NCBI GenBank assembly: GCA_028865345.1
Contig: JAGWKL010000001.1
Coordinates: forward strand, 1 to 61,295
Direction of reading: 5' to 3'
Length of the DNA: 61,295 nucleotides
Source of the DNA: Candidatus Omnitrophota bacterium
GTDB taxonomy: Bacteria > Omnitrophota > Gorgyraeia > Zapsychrales > Fredricksoniimonadaceae
Shown: positions 36,533 through 48,000 of the stretch, piece after piece
Layout of the letters: each line of letters opens with the position of its first letter
Numbering within the stretch: position 1 is the stretch's first letter
The notes under the pieces: generated by a model
The model's input: only the letters and a program-made list of their open reading frames with translations
Told to the model about the DNA's origin: nothing
The model's database searches: none
Made by a program: the position numbers and the translations under genes

Positions 36533-38959
36533 TTATGTGGACGCAAGCACCAGATTGTCCGCCTGCCGCACCACGGTGACCTTGCTGCCTTCTTTGAACC
36601 GCCCTGAAATGATTTCCTCGGAAAGCATGTCTTCCACGTAACGCTGGATGGTCCTTTTTAAAGGCCTGGCCCCGTACATGGGGTCATAACCTTTTTCCAT
36701 GAGAAAATCCATCGCCTCGGCGGAGAGGCTGATATCGATGCCGCGTCCTTTCAGGCGCTCCACCACCTCGTTGATCTCGAGTTTGATGATGGCGGTCAAG
36801 TCCGTCCTGGTCAAATTCCTGAACACAATGATATCGTCGATACGGTTCAGGAATTCCGGCTTGAAAGATTTTCTGACTTCATTGAGCAGGCGGTCCTTGA
36901 CCGCGCCGTACGATGTGTCCTCGGCCTGGGCCACGAACCCCAGCGACCCGGCATTACGGATCATCTCAGCCCCGACGTTGGATGTCATGATGATGACGGT
37001 GTTTCGGAAATCCACACGACGGCCCAGGCTGTCGGTCAATTGCCCGTCCTCAAAGACCTGCAACAGGATGTTAAAAACATCCGGATGGGCCTTTTCGATC
37101 TCATCCAAAAGCACGACGGAATAGGGCCGGCGCCGCACTTTTTCGGTCAATTGACCGCCTTCCTCGTAACCCACGTAGCCCGGCGGTGCTCCGATCAGGC
37201 GCGAAACATTGAACTTGTCCATGTACTCGGACATGTCGATCTGGATGAGCGCGTTCTGATCTCCGAACATGAACTCCGCCAGGATCCTGGCCAAAAGGCT
37301 TTTGCCGACACCCGTGGGCCCAAGAAAAATAAATGAACCGATGGGGCGCCGCGGGTTCTTGATGCCCGCCCTTGAGCGGCGCACCGCGCGGGAGATCGCC
37401 GAGACCGCTTCGTCCTGGCCGACGATGGATTTTTTCATCTGCTCCTCCATCTTCAGCAGGCGCTCGCTTTCCTTCTGTTCCAGGCGGATCAAGGGGATCT
37501 TGGTCCACTGGGAAACCACGCGGGCGATATCATCGTCCGTGATGGTCAGCGACACATCATCGCGTTTCTGCATCCATTCGGCGTGTTTGCGTTCCAGCTG
37601 CTCGCGCACTTCGCGTTCCTGGTCGCGCATCTTGGCCGCGCGTTCAAAATCCTGGATCTTGATGTAGGATTCCTTCTCCTTCTTCAACTGCTCGATCTTT
37701 TCCTCGAGTTCCTTGATATCATCGGGAACGACCATGGCCTGCAATCTGGCCTTGGCGCCGGCCTCGTCCAGGATGTCCACGGCCTTGTCCGGAAGGAAAC
37801 GGTTGGAGATGTAGCGGTCCGAAAGGCGGGCCGACGCCTCCAGGGCCTCATCGGAATATTTGACCCGGTGATGGGCCTCGTATTTATCGCGCAGGCCTTT
37901 AAGGATCAGGATGGTTTCTTCCACCGACGGAGGCTCCACGATGATCGTCTGGAAACGGCGCTCCAGGGCCGCGTCCTTCTCGATGTTCTTGCGGTATTCA
38001 TCCATGGTGGTGGCGCCGATGCACTGGATCTCGCCGCGGGCCAGGGCCGGCTTTAGGATATTGGCCGCATCAATGGCCCCCTCGGCGGCACCCGCCCCGA
38101 CGAGCGTATGGATCTCGTCGATGAAAAGCACGATCTTTCCCGAACGCTTCAATTCATCCATCACGGCCTTGATGCGCTCTTCAAACTGGCCGCGGTATTT
38201 GGTGCCGGCGATCATCATGGCCAGATCCAGCACCACAATGGTCTTGTCGCGCAACAGTTCGGGCACATCACCCTGGACGATCAGCTGGGCCAGGCCCTCG
38301 ACGATGGCGGTCTTGCCGATGCCCGCCTCGCCCAAAAGCACGGGATTGTTCTTGGTGCGCCTGGAAAGGATCTGGATGACGCGCTCGATCTCATTTTTAC
38401 GGCCGATGACCGGATCGAGCTTGCCTTCCCTGGCCAATTTATTCAAATTGCGGCCGTACGCGTCAATGGCCGGCGTTTTGCCGGTCTTGACGCCTTCCTG
38501 CTGCTGGCCGTAACCGGGAATGCCGCTTCCAAGCAACTCCATGACCTCATTGCGCAATTTGCCGAGGTCCAGACCCAGATTCAAAAGCACACGGTAGGCC
38601 ATGCCCTCGCCTTCCTTGACCAGGCCCAGGAGCAAATGCTCGGTGCCGATGTAATTATGGCCCAGGGCACGGGCCTCCTCGGCGGAAAGCTCCAGCGCTT
38701 TTTTGGACCGCGGCGTAAAGGGGATATCCCCCACCACCTGGGTGGCAGGCCCGGGCTGCACCAATTTCTCGACTTCCAGCCTGATGGTTTCAAGGTCCAG
38801 GCCCAATTTTTGCAGGACCGCAGCGGCGACACCTTCGCCTTCGCGGATCAGGCCCAGCAGCAAATGCTCGGTGCCGATGTAATCATGATTGAAGCGCTTG
38901 GCTTCTTCTTTAGCGTAAACGATGACTTTGCGGGCTCGTTCTGTGAACCGGTTAAACAT
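36533..38959 (-). CDS. clpC: ATP-dependent Clp protease ATP-binding subunit ClpC
   Basis: Two Clp_N repeats (IGTEHLLLGL twice), Walker A GEAGIGKT and GPTGVGKS, UVR-like linker between the AAA modules. Confidence 0.9.
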   Translation of the reverse strand: MFNRFTERARKVIVYAKEEAKRFNHDYIGTEHLLLGLIREGEGVAAAVLQKLGLDLETIRLEVEKLVQPGPATQVVGDIPFTPRSKKALELSAEEARALGHNYIGTEHLLLGLVKEGEGMAYRVLLNLGLDLGKLRNEVMELLGSGIPGYGQQQEGVKTGKTPAIDAYGRNLNKLAREGKLDPVIGRKNEIERVIQILSRRTKNNPVLLGEAGIGKTAIVEGLAQLIVQGDVPELLRDKTIVVLDLAMMIAGTKYRGQFEERIKAVMDELKRSGKIVLFIDEIHTLVGAGAAEGAIDAANILKPALARGEIQCIGATTMDEYRKNIEKDAALERRFQTIIVEPPSVEETILILKGLRDKYEAHHRVKYSDEALEASARLSDRYISNRFLPDKAVDILDEAGAKARLQAMVVPDDIKELEEKIEQLKKEKESYIKIQDFERAAKMRDQEREVREQLERKHAEWMQKRDDVSLTITDDDIARVVSQWTKIPLIRLEQKESERLLKMEEQMKKSIVGQDEAVSAISRAVRRSRAGIKNPRRPIGSFIFLGPTGVGKSLLARILAEFMFGDQNALIQIDMSEYMDKFNVSRLIGAPPGYVGYEEGGQLTEKVRRRPYSVVLLDEIEKAHPDVFNILLQVFEDGQLTDSLGRRVDFRNTVIIMTSNVGAEMIRNAGSLGFVAQAEDTSYGAVKDRLLNEVRKSFKPEFLNRIDDIIVFRNLTRTDLTAIIKLEINEVVERLKGRGIDISLSAEAMDFLMEKGYDPMYGARPLKRTIQRYVEDMLSEEIISGRFKEGSKVTVVRQADNLVLAST

Positions 38960-40013
38960 CTTTACCTCCTCCCAACTTCTGGCGGATAACAGCCGCCCTT
39001 TTAGTATCGCGTTCGAACGCGTTTAATTTTTTACCTTCGATTTTCTGCAAATGGGCCGGCTGGATCATGATGAACAACTCATTGAGCGCCTTATTGTCCA
39101 CGTGTTTGAGAAGCCCCAGATCCAGTCCCAGGCGCACCATGGAAAAAAGCTCTATGGCTTCCTGGCTCGAGATGATCCTCGCATTCTTCAGGAGCCCCCA
39201 GGAGCGGCAGACCTTGTCCTCCAGCATCGGCTTGTTCTGCAGCAGCAGGGCCTGGCGGGCCTGCTCCTCCTGTTCAATGACCTGGCGGATCAACCCGTTG
39301 ATGTTCTGGATGATGTCCAGTTCGCTGTGCCCCAGGGACACCTGGTTGGAGATCTGATAAAAGTTCCCCGAAGCCTGGGTCCCCTCGCCGTAAAATCCGC
39401 GGCTGGCAAAACTCAATTTGGAAATGGCGGCCAGCACCTTGTTGATCTGCTTGGTCATGACCAGGGCCGGCAAATGCATCATGACGCTGCCGCGCATGGC
39501 CGTGCCCGTATTGGTGGGACAGGCGGTCAAAAATCCGCAGGCCGGATTAAAGGCGAAGGTCAGCTCGCGGCTTAAGGCATCGTCAATGGCGTTGATGATC
39601 TCCCAGGCCTCGCTTAAGTTCAGGCCCGAGCGCATCACCTGGATACGCAGATGGTCCTCTTCATTGACCATGACGGAGACCACCTCTTCGGCGGTGACCA
39701 GAAGGCCCTTGCCCTCGGGGTTGGAGGCGTGCTCATGGCTCATCAAATGCCTTTCCACCAACAGCTGGCGGTCCACCTGGTCGATCTGGGTCATGTCAAA
39801 CAGCGTCGATCCTTTCAACGCGTTGATGCGGCCCACCGCCTCTCCAAAGGCCTTTAAGACCGCTTCCAGGTCCTTTTTCCCGGACCGGCCCGGGAAGGTC
39901 CAGGCTTCCAAATTACGGGCCAGACGCACGCGCGAACTCATGACAATATGGGCCGACGGCCCCGTACCCCGGAGCCATTCTCCGGTATGGTTTAACAGTT
40001 CTTCAATACGCAT
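38952..40013 (-). CDS. mcsB: protein arginine kinase McsB (ATP:guanido phosphotransferase)
   Basis: RVRLARNL and phosphagen-kinase loop ACPTNTGTAMRGSVMMHLPAL. Sits between mcsA and clpC. Confidence 0.85.
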   Translation of the reverse strand: MRIEELLNHTGEWLRGTGPSAHIVMSSRVRLARNLEAWTFPGRSGKKDLEAVLKAFGEAVGRINALKGSTLFDMTQIDQVDRQLLVERHLMSHEHASNPEGKGLLVTAEEVVSVMVNEEDHLRIQVMRSGLNLSEAWEIINAIDDALSRELTFAFNPACGFLTACPTNTGTAMRGSVMMHLPALVMTKQINKVLAAISKLSFASRGFYGEGTQASGNFYQISNQVSLGHSELDIIQNINGLIRQVIEQEEQARQALLLQNKPMLEDKVCRSWGLLKNARIISSQEAIELFSMVRLGLDLGLLKHVDNKALNELFIMIQPAHLQKIEGKKLNAFERDTKRAAVIRQKLGGGKDV

Positions 40014-40016
40014 ATA

Positions 40017-40550
40017 TTAACTCTCGCTTTGTTCAAGGCCCCTGATCTTGTCCCTGATAATGGCGGCTTTCTCAAAATCTTCGGCTGCGATGGCCGATTT
40101 CAACTGCTGCTTTAAGTCCAGCAGGTCGTCCGACGGAAGCAAGGCCAGGGTCTTTTCAGACACAGCCTGGGTCTGGCTCTGCCCCAACACGGCGGGCGTT
40201 TTGCCTAAATATTTATTGGAGCCGTGGATCTTGCGCAAAAGCCCGGTCAGATGTTCCTTGAAAGACGTATAACATTCGCTGCAGCCCAGCCGCCCGAACT
40301 TGCGGAAATCCTCGTACAGCAGGCCGCACCTGGAGCATTTCAGGCTGGTCTTTTCGCTTTCTTTGGAAACCGTGGTCTTGCTGGGGTCTGTCAGGCCCGC
40401 CAATAAGTCCGCCAGGCCGAATTGCTGCTCCATCTGCGAGCTCTTTTGACGGGCGCACTCCTCGCACAGGTGCATTTCCGACATCTGGTCATCGACGATC
40501 TCCGTCAAATGGACAGTCGCCTTTTTTTTACCGCATATATCACAGGTCAT
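40017..40550 (-). CDS. mcsA: McsA, zinc-finger/UVR-motif activator of McsB
   Basis: Cys pairs CDICGKK...CEECA and CSRCG...CSECY. C-terminal UVR motif AIAAEDFEKAAIIRDKIRGLE. Confidence 0.8.
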   Translation of the reverse strand: MTCDICGKKKATVHLTEIVDDQMSEMHLCEECARQKSSQMEQQFGLADLLAGLTDPSKTTVSKESEKTSLKCSRCGLLYEDFRKFGRLGCSECYTSFKEHLTGLLRKIHGSNKYLGKTPAVLGQSQTQAVSEKTLALLPSDDLLDLKQQLKSAIAAEDFEKAAIIRDKIRGLEQSES

Positions 40551-41416
40551 AGACTGTATTTAACTCCGTCCTTCTTGGTCAGTTGATGGAACGCGTCCAA
40601 AAGCTTCCTGGTCACCGGTCCCGGCCGACCTTCACCGATGGCACGGCCGTCCACCTTCACGATGGGGATCAACTCCGCGGCGGTGCCTGTCAAAAAACAC
40701 TCCTGCGCATTATACATCTCATGGCGGGTGATGTAACCTTCAAATACCTTGATCTTCATTTTGACGGCCAATTCCAGGATGGCGTCGCAGGTAATGCCTT
40801 TAAGGCGCCCCGCGCACGGTGTCGCCAGGACCCCGTCCTTATAAATAAACACATTGTCTCCGGTGCACTCCCCGATATAGCCGTTATCTTCCAGCATGAT
40901 CGCTTCATTGTAACCGCAATGGGACGCCTCAATCTTGGCCAGGATGTTGTTGAGATAATTGAGCGTTTTAAGCTGCGGGTTGAGCGCATTGGGATGGTTC
41001 TTGGCCGTCGGCACGGTAATGATGGACATGCCCTGCTGGTAAAGCTCCTTCGGATACAAGGTGATCTTGTCCGTAATACATATCACGTTGGGGCGGCCAT
41101 GGCATTTGCGCGGGTCCAACCCCAAGTCCCCCTCCCCGCGGCTGACAATGAGGCGGATATAACCGTCCTTGATCTTGTTGGCGCGCAGCGTGGCGACAAC
41201 CACGTCGGCCATCTGCTTCCTGGTCAGGCGAGGGTCGATCATCAGCGTATGCATGGTCTCGTACAGGCGGTCGATGTGCGCTTTCAGGCGGAAAACACGG
41301 GCATTATAAGAACGGATGCCTTCAAAGGCCCCGTCGCCGTACAAAAAGCCGTGATCGAACACCGACACCCTGGCGTCGGCCTTGTCCACCAATTTCCCGT
41401 TAAGATAGATCTTCAT
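40547..41416 (-). CDS. ilvE: branched-chain amino acid aminotransferase (class IV)
   Basis: FDHGFLYGDGAFEGIR ... PLP-Lys region. 289 aa. Confidence 0.8.
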   Translation of the reverse strand: MKIYLNGKLVDKADARVSVFDHGFLYGDGAFEGIRSYNARVFRLKAHIDRLYETMHTLMIDPRLTRKQMADVVVATLRANKIKDGYIRLIVSRGEGDLGLDPRKCHGRPNVICITDKITLYPKELYQQGMSIITVPTAKNHPNALNPQLKTLNYLNNILAKIEASHCGYNEAIMLEDNGYIGECTGDNVFIYKDGVLATPCAGRLKGITCDAILELAVKMKIKVFEGYITRHEMYNAQECFLTGTAAELIPIVKVDGRAIGEGRPGPVTRKLLDAFHQLTKKDGVKYSL

Positions 41417-42144
41417 AAAATCCCTTTCACTTCGATTTCGTTAGGTGCTCTCCTCTGGGCCGCTTTCAGGGGAGCTTCCAATAAGCCGTCCTTCATCATA
41501 ATGGTACGCTGGGTGCGGCCGGCAATTTTCTCATCATGCGTGACGATGACCACCGCCGCCCCGTGAGACTCATTCAAACCGAGCAGCGTATTCATCACCA
41601 TCTCGCCGCTGGCCGAGTCCAGATTGCCGGTGGGCTCATCGCAAAAGACCACCTTGGGGCCGTTCATCAGCGCGCGGGCGATAGCCACACGCTGCTGCTC
41701 GCCTCCGGAAAGCTGATTGGGCCGGTGTGAGGCGCGCGCCTCCATGCCCAACTGATCCAATATTTTCAACCCCGCAAACTCAATGGCGCTTGTCTTGCCT
41801 GAATCCCTGGCGATCATGGCCGGCAGGATCACATTCTCCAAAGCGGTCAACTCGGGCAATAAATGGTACGACTGAAACACGAAGCCCATGTCGCTGTTGC
41901 GCGCCTGGGCGCGCCTGGCATCGCTCAAACCATAGAGGTCCTGGCCGCCGAAAATGACCCGGCCCTGCCCGGGCGCATCCAAGCCGCCCAGAATATGCAG
42001 CAAGGTGGATTTCCCCGCGCCCGAAGGTCCGACGACAGCCACCACCTCCGCGGCTTCGATCGTCAAATCGATCCCCTTGAGCACATGCAGGGGGCCGGGA
42101 TAAATTTTGTGAATGTTAATGGCTTCAATCAATTTATTATTCAT
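41413..42144 (-). CDS. lolD: lipoprotein-release-type ABC ATP-binding protein
   Basis: [37 protein letters not shown]. Adjacent to a LolC/E-type permease. Confidence 0.75.
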   Translation of the reverse strand: MNNKLIEAINIHKIYPGPLHVLKGIDLTIEAAEVVAVVGPSGAGKSTLLHILGGLDAPGQGRVIFGGQDLYGLSDARRAQARNSDMGFVFQSYHLLPELTALENVILPAMIARDSGKTSAIEFAGLKILDQLGMEARASHRPNQLSGGEQQRVAIARALMNGPKVVFCDEPTGNLDSASGEMVMNTLLGLNESHGAAVVIVTHDEKIAGRTQRTIMMKDGLLEAPLKAAQRRAPNEIEVKGIL

Positions 42145-43354
42145 ATCTCAACGCTTCCACAGGCTCAAGATTGGCGGCCTTGATCGCCGGATACACGGTC
42201 GCCGCGTAGGTGATCAACAGCGCCGCCCCCACAATGAGGCCCACATCCGAAGCCTGCACTACGACCGGCAAATGGTCGATGTAATAAATGTCCTGGGGCA
42301 GCTTGATGAACTGGTATTTTTTAAGCAACAAGACTATGCCCAACCCCAGCGTAAAACCCCAAAATGTCCCCAAAGCACCGACGGCCAGTCCCTGCCAGGT
42401 AAAGATACGGTGGATGCGGGCCTTTGAGGCGCCGATGGATTTCAGGATGCCGATGTCCTTGACCTTGCTTGTCACCGTCACGATCAAGGTGCTGATGATG
42501 TTAAAAGAAGCCACCAGCACGATCAAAGTCAGGATGACGAACATGGCATATTTCTCCAGGGCCAGGGCCGCAAAAAAATTGGCATTGCTTTCCATCCAGG
42601 TACGCACCAGATAACTGTAGCCTATCAGGCCGTAAATTTCCTGCTTGACGGCAGGGGCCATGTCCGGGTTCTTTAATTTAAGGCCGATGCCGCTGACCGT
42701 CGGACCGATGTTAAACATCTGTTGGGCCGCCTTCAAGGTCACCAGGACCAAGTTCATGTCGTAATCATACATGCCCGACGTGAATATCCCCGCCACTTTA
42801 AATTTGTACCGCCAGTTGCTGCCCGCGATACCCGAGGCCGGAGAAATGAGCGTCACCGTATCACCCGGCTGATAACCGTAGTAGGAAGCAAGCTGGGAAC
42901 CGATCAGGATCCCGTCATTTTTTAAATCCTCGACCTTGCCCTTCCCGCCCAAATACTTGTCGATGAGCGTCACCTTGCCCTCGGTGGCCGGGTCCACCCC
43001 GCGCAGGATGAGGCTCGCGGCCCTGGTGCCTGATTCCAGGAAAACATTGCCCTGGATATAAGGAGTAACGGCCGTGACATCGGGGATGGCTTTCAAGCGC
43101 TTGTCCAGTTGCGCGTAATTTTTGATGCCGGTCTCGCGTTCGACGAACACATGCGCATTGGCGCCGATGATCTTGGCGCGCAGGTCGTGGTCGAAACCGG
43201 TCATAACGCCGATGACGATGATCAACGCCATCACTCCGATGGCAATGCCGGCTATAGCGACAAAATTAATGACAGCAAGGAATTTATCTTTCTTTGCCGT
43301 CAGATATCTTAATGTCAACCACCACTCAAAGTTCATAATAATGCTCCGAGGCAT
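42137..43354 (-). CDS. lolE: LolC/LolE-type permease (MacB periplasmic core plus FtsX domain)
   Basis: 405 aa, TM1 then a large periplasmic domain then 3 TM. FtsX-type C-terminus ending LRYE. Confidence 0.75.
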   Translation of the reverse strand: MPRSIIMNFEWWLTLRYLTAKKDKFLAVINFVAIAGIAIGVMALIIVIGVMTGFDHDLRAKIIGANAHVFVERETGIKNYAQLDKRLKAIPDVTAVTPYIQGNVFLESGTRAASLILRGVDPATEGKVTLIDKYLGGKGKVEDLKNDGILIGSQLASYYGYQPGDTVTLISPASGIAGSNWRYKFKVAGIFTSGMYDYDMNLVLVTLKAAQQMFNIGPTVSGIGLKLKNPDMAPAVKQEIYGLIGYSYLVRTWMESNANFFAALALEKYAMFVILTLIVLVASFNIISTLIVTVTSKVKDIGILKSIGASKARIHRIFTWQGLAVGALGTFWGFTLGLGIVLLLKKYQFIKLPQDIYYIDHLPVVVQASDVGLIVGAALLITYAATVYPAIKAANLEPVEALRYE

Positions 43355-43404
43355 CGGGTCCCGGCTCTGGCTTGCCGTTGCCGTGCTGCGCTTCGCTTCT
43401 CTTA

Positions 43405-43502
43405 GCGAATGGCAGCCCTATCAGCGGCCAGAAAGGCGGTTCCCTTTAAAGATGACTTGAGCGCTTGCCGTGCGCTTTGCAACATCAATCCCGAGCCACC
43501 CG
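43405..43502. repeat. 98-nt intergenic repeat, copy 2 (copy 1 at 12543-12640)
   Basis: GCGAATGGCAGCCCTATCAGCGGCCAGAAAGGCGGTTCCCTTTAAAGATGACTTGAGCGCTTGCCGTGCGCT...ACATCAATCC..GCCACCCG, between the lysS stop and the lolE start. Confidence 0.8.
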
Positions 43503-43513
43503 ATGAAACCATT

Positions 43514-44971
43514 TTATTGTTCCGGCTTAAGCAAGGGAAACAAAATTACATCTCTAATCGACGCAGAATCGGTCAACAGCATGACCAGGCGGTCAATGCC
43601 GATGCCAAGCCCCCCGGCCGGCGGCATACCGTACTCCAGGGCCCTGACGAAATCCTCATCGATCGTGCGGTTGCCCGTTTCCGTGTCGTCATCCAGGTCC
43701 GCCACCAGGCGCTTGTATTGCTCCTGGGGGTCGTTGAGCTCGGAATAGGCGTTGCCCACCTCCAGCCCTGCGATAAAGAATTCGAAACGCTGGGCAACGG
43801 CCGGATCGTCGGGCCGGGCCTTTGCCAGCGGCGATAAAAACGTAAAATAATCGAGCATAAAGACGGGGTTGGCTGTTTGTTTTTCGTCCAGCACCTCTTC
43901 CACGATCTTCATTACGCCCGAACGCGTCAGTTTCTCAACCTTGATGCCGCTTGTGCGTTTGGCTTTCACCTTCTCCAGCATGGCCTCTGCCGTGTCCCGG
44001 GGATTAATATCGAAATACTCTTTAACCACCTTGGCAAAAGAACGGCGTTCCCACGGCGCCGTAAAGTCGATGTCCTGCCCCTGGTATTTGATTTTATACG
44101 TCCCGTACATTTCAAATACCAGGGAACTGATGAGCTCCTCGGTCAATTGCATCATGTCCTCAAAATTACCGTAGGACTGGTACACCTCGAGCATCGTAAA
44201 TTCCGGATTATGCCTCGTCGAGATCCCCTCATTGCGGAAATTGCGGTTGATCTCGTAAACCTTCTCCAGTCCCCCGACCAGCAGGCGCTTGAGATAAAGC
44301 TCGGGAGCGATGCGCAGAAACACCTCCATGTCCAGCGCATTATGGCGCGACTTAAACGGCTTGCCGCGCGCCCCCCCCGCCATGGGCTGCAGCATCGGCG
44401 TTTCCACTTCCAAAAACTTTTTCCCATCGAGAAACGAGCGCACGTAGGAAATAATACGGCTGCGTTTGATGAAAACTTCGCGCACATCGGGATTGGCGAT
44501 CAAATCCACGTAACGCTGGCGGTAACGGATGTCCACGTCCTTAAGGCCGTGCCATTTTTCAGGCATGGGCAAAAGCGACTTGGAAAGCACCTCATATCTG
44601 GCCACCCGGATGCTGTTCTGGCCGGTTTTGGTTGTAAAGGTTTCCCCTTCGACACCGATGATGTCCCCCAAATCCAGGAGTTTCAGCATCTCATAGGCCT
44701 CAGGGCCGATGTTGTCCGCTTTCACAAAAAGCTGCATGCGCCCGGTCTGGTCCATCAGGTCCATAAAATGGACCTTGCCCTGGTCGCGGTTGGCCATGAT
44801 GCGGCCGGCCGTGACCACCTTAACGCCTTCTTTAAAATCTTTTAAAATCTCCGCAATGGAATGCGAACGTATGAACCGCTGGGCATACGCGTCCACCCCC
44901 CTGGCCTTCAGCGCGTCGAGCTTTTTTATTCTAACACTCTTATTCTCATCAACTTCCATCATCACCGCCAT
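43514..44971 (-). CDS. lysS: lysine--tRNA ligase (class II)
   Basis: OB-fold N-terminal domain, class II motifs incl. FRNEG and [15 protein letters not shown]. Confidence 0.95.
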   Translation of the reverse strand: MAVMMEVDENKSVRIKKLDALKARGVDAYAQRFIRSHSIAEILKDFKEGVKVVTAGRIMANRDQGKVHFMDLMDQTGRMQLFVKADNIGPEAYEMLKLLDLGDIIGVEGETFTTKTGQNSIRVARYEVLSKSLLPMPEKWHGLKDVDIRYRQRYVDLIANPDVREVFIKRSRIISYVRSFLDGKKFLEVETPMLQPMAGGARGKPFKSRHNALDMEVFLRIAPELYLKRLLVGGLEKVYEINRNFRNEGISTRHNPEFTMLEVYQSYGNFEDMMQLTEELISSLVFEMYGTYKIKYQGQDIDFTAPWERRSFAKVVKEYFDINPRDTAEAMLEKVKAKRTSGIKVEKLTRSGVMKIVEEVLDEKQTANPVFMLDYFTFLSPLAKARPDDPAVAQRFEFFIAGLEVGNAYSELNDPQEQYKRLVADLDDDTETGNRTIDEDFVRALEYGMPPAGGLGIGIDRLVMLLTDSASIRDVILFPLLKPEQ

Positions 44972-45008
44972 ATTTATATTAAACTAATAATAATTGCCGC
45001 GAGAGGTC

Positions 45009-45037
45009 ATTATATAGAAATTAGACGGAGGTGTCAA
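45009..45037 (-). promoter_or_regulatory. consensus sigma-70 promoter for the lysS operon
   Basis: The minus strand reads TTGACA (45032-45037), exactly 17 nt of spacer, then TATAAT (45009-45014), about 38 nt upstream of the lysS ATG. The -35 lies in the last codons of the upstream gene. Confidence 0.6.
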
Positions 45038-48000
45038 TCGGGGATGTACTGCGGGTTTGAGCATCCGTCAAACCCAGAAATAACCGCAGGCTGGTCACCG
45101 GCTGGATGTTGATAATGACCGGCACAAACCCGGAAGCGTTTTGCAATTGCGCCAGCATGGCAGGATCAAGATGAAACCTGATCCCTGGGGAAAAGCGGGA
45201 GCCTGTTGCTTTGGTCTGCAAATGCATCCTCCCAGCCGTCAAATCAATACCGCCGTATTTCCGGACATTCCCGGCCTCGAGCCCAGCCGCCTGGCCTTTC
45301 TCAAATTCGACAAAACCCGGGCCCCGGGTCTTTTGGGCAGGGAATCCCAATTCTAAAAGTTTCTGGTTCGAAACCGGGTATTTATCAAACCTTAACACTC
45401 CTCCGGACTTTAATAGGGATTCCAGATATCTGATATGCCCCGCCTTATCCTGGCCCTGAACCCGGAAATCTGTATTTGCCAAAAAATGGACCAACCCGAT
45501 ATGGCTGAAAATAATATCGACCGACCCCTTACCCAAATATCTTGAATATTCCGGTAAATTTTCGGCATCGTCCAAAATAAAAGTGATCCCTGACGGGGCC
45601 ACTTCCCAATCGGGGAAATAATCGTGCGATAACACATAAATATGGTGAGGGATCCCGTTCTTTTCCAATTCATGGTGTAATTCAACAGCCGCAGTCCCGT
45701 CTCCCCCTCCCCAGTCCAATATAACGAGCGGCTTCATTCCATTTATTTGATGAATTTCTTCAATTTTTCCTAATATTCCCAATTCATAATTGACGACATT
45801 CAATAACGAACTGACCATCTGCCATTTCTTTTCAACGGGACTCAACTCAGCCTTGCCCTGTTTGTCCTTTCTGACGTAATATTGGGACGGGGACCTGACT
45901 ATTTCATGGTAATCTTGATCGCTTAAAGTCGTAAGGACATTCCCATGCCGCCTGACGGTTGCGCTCATCGCCGGGCTTGCTTTCTGCCTTGCCGGATTCT
46001 CCGCGTGAGCCCTGCTTATTTCTGACGACTTATATAAAAGCCCCCAGAGATGACCAAAGGTTTGTTCCTGCCCGTTCAGGACTAAATGACCGTCCTTTGC
46101 CGCGTCCGCCCGCATCATTCTAAACTTTTCAGACAAAACATCCGATACCAGCTTCTTAAATCGATCCCCCTTAAAGTTCAAATCATAAAAATACCCCTCT
46201 AAAAATTGTGTCACTAAAGGCTTAACTATTGAATTCCTGACCGACGGCGTAATCATTCCTCTGGCGGTGCGGGAAGTGATGTCGTGGATTATACGTTGAA
46301 TATCCATAAGCCGATAGGCGGATTCTACGGAAACCGGATCCTTTCCCCGAATTTCCCGCCTGGTTACTGTGGTGTCCAAATCCCTAAGAACAACCTGAAT
46401 GGCATGACCGGAAGTAAATTCAACCCCCCAATTTTCATTGTGAGGATATTGATGAAAATATCCGGAGTCGTGATACGCGCGCATGGACCGCCCCATGGCT
46501 TTATAAATTTTCTCTGATTCCTTAAACGCGGTATCCATCTGCCTGCCTGTGATGATGTTGTAAACCAAATTGTCAGGATTCACCACCGGTACTTGCAAAT
46601 TAATTCTTATATCTTCGCCATGTAAACCGGATATGACAAATCCCACAGGCCGTCCGGCGTGACTTATATTTTTCCATTGTCCGACAGCTATCGGATAATC
46701 GGTTTCAAAACCTTTCCCTTCCTGACCGGTTTCCATTAAATCATACGTCTTCTCTGCCATCGATTGCAACATCGTACCCTGGGGAGTCAAAGACGTCGGA
46801 TCAATTTGTCGGTTGGTTCGATGAGAAAGAAAAGATTTCAGGCTCCATGGTTTGACATTTTCAGAAAGTAAAGGCCTCGCTTTGACAAGCAGATTCCCCT
46901 CATGATCAACTGCGAAGGGGGCCTCCACAAACCCCGCCCCAAAATGAGACCGCACTTCCAAACCCTGCGTAACAGGTCTTGCACCTTTAATCGATAAAAC
47001 GGTGATTTCTCCATGAGAAGTAAAGAATGGCTTGGACAGCCTTAAATAAACCGTTCTTCCGTTGAGCCGGGGGCTCTGTTTATCAATGGCTTTAATGTCC
47101 ACCTTTCCATTCGAATTTCTTATTAATTTTTTCAAGGTCTTTTCATTTCCTGAAAGAATTTGTTTTAACACGCTCAGATCCTGTAAATCCATTTGTCCGG
47201 ATTGGACCCATTGATTAAACCGCGAGTCGACTTGTTCAAACGTCACTTTATCCCATCCCTTGTCCCATTCCTGCATATTCATCGGAGTATTGTGCTTTTG
47301 ACCAAAAGCCATGCTAAAACCTGCAGTTATTTTAAAAAAGCTCCTCGGGCTTTCTGCCAGTTGGGCATAATCAATATTTGCAGTTGTCTTCAACACCATT
47401 TGTGCAAAGTCTGTCGCATCAAACCCGCCGGAGAAATATTTCCTGGGCATCTGTCGGTCTGTCACGGGATCCGTGTCTTCCTGGACAAAATTAAAAACGC
47501 CCTTCTTGAAGGCCTGAAGATAACGATGATAAATGGATGCGACATCGATGGTTTTACCGTACCCGACGCCGGCAATTTTATCCTTATCCGCGTAAACTTG
47601 CGCCAGGATGCTGTCCTTGATCTTCTTCTTGTACCACGCCGCCAGGATGAGGCTGTTGTAGACCTGTCTCAGCGGGGCGAAATTCTTGTCTTCGTTGACT
47701 TCCCTGGTGAGTTGGGGGATGACGATTTGCCGTACAATCCGTGAACCCAGGGAATTTACGCCGTCTGCGGTTGTCCGTTGATGTTTCTCAAGCGATAAAT
47801 AATCCTGCTCCAGCATCACCTTTAAGCGCGCCTGCACCACATACGCCGTGCCGGCTTCTACGTTTTCGTAAACTACGGCCTTTTGGGGCACTATCCATAC
47901 TTTGTTGAAGGTGTTGACCGGGACATTTGTTGTCCCGTATTTTCTGGCTGCTTCTTCGTAAACGCGTTTCCAAAACTCCCTGCCTGTTTTTCCGTCGGGA

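Noticed and set aside
40583-41566. Long plus-strand ORFs (e.g. 40583-41566, 38108-38989, 43877-44845, 34958-35746, 8668-9438, 6694-7443, 19844-20473) running antisense to well-supported minus-strand genes.
   Set aside because: They lie fully inside confidently identified genes (ilvE, clpC, lysS, mlaF, FeS/DmsC, nasA, alr). Their translations are low-complexity Arg/Gly/His/Pro-rich with no recognisable motifs. This is typical of shadow ORFs in GC-rich coding DNA.
47193-47744. 183-aa plus-strand ORF inside the giant gene, considered as a hidden antisense gene of the accessory region.
   Set aside because: It lies entirely within the uninterrupted 1140-codon minus-strand ORF, has no RBS-like sequence or recognisable motif, and has a composition typical of antisense read-through.
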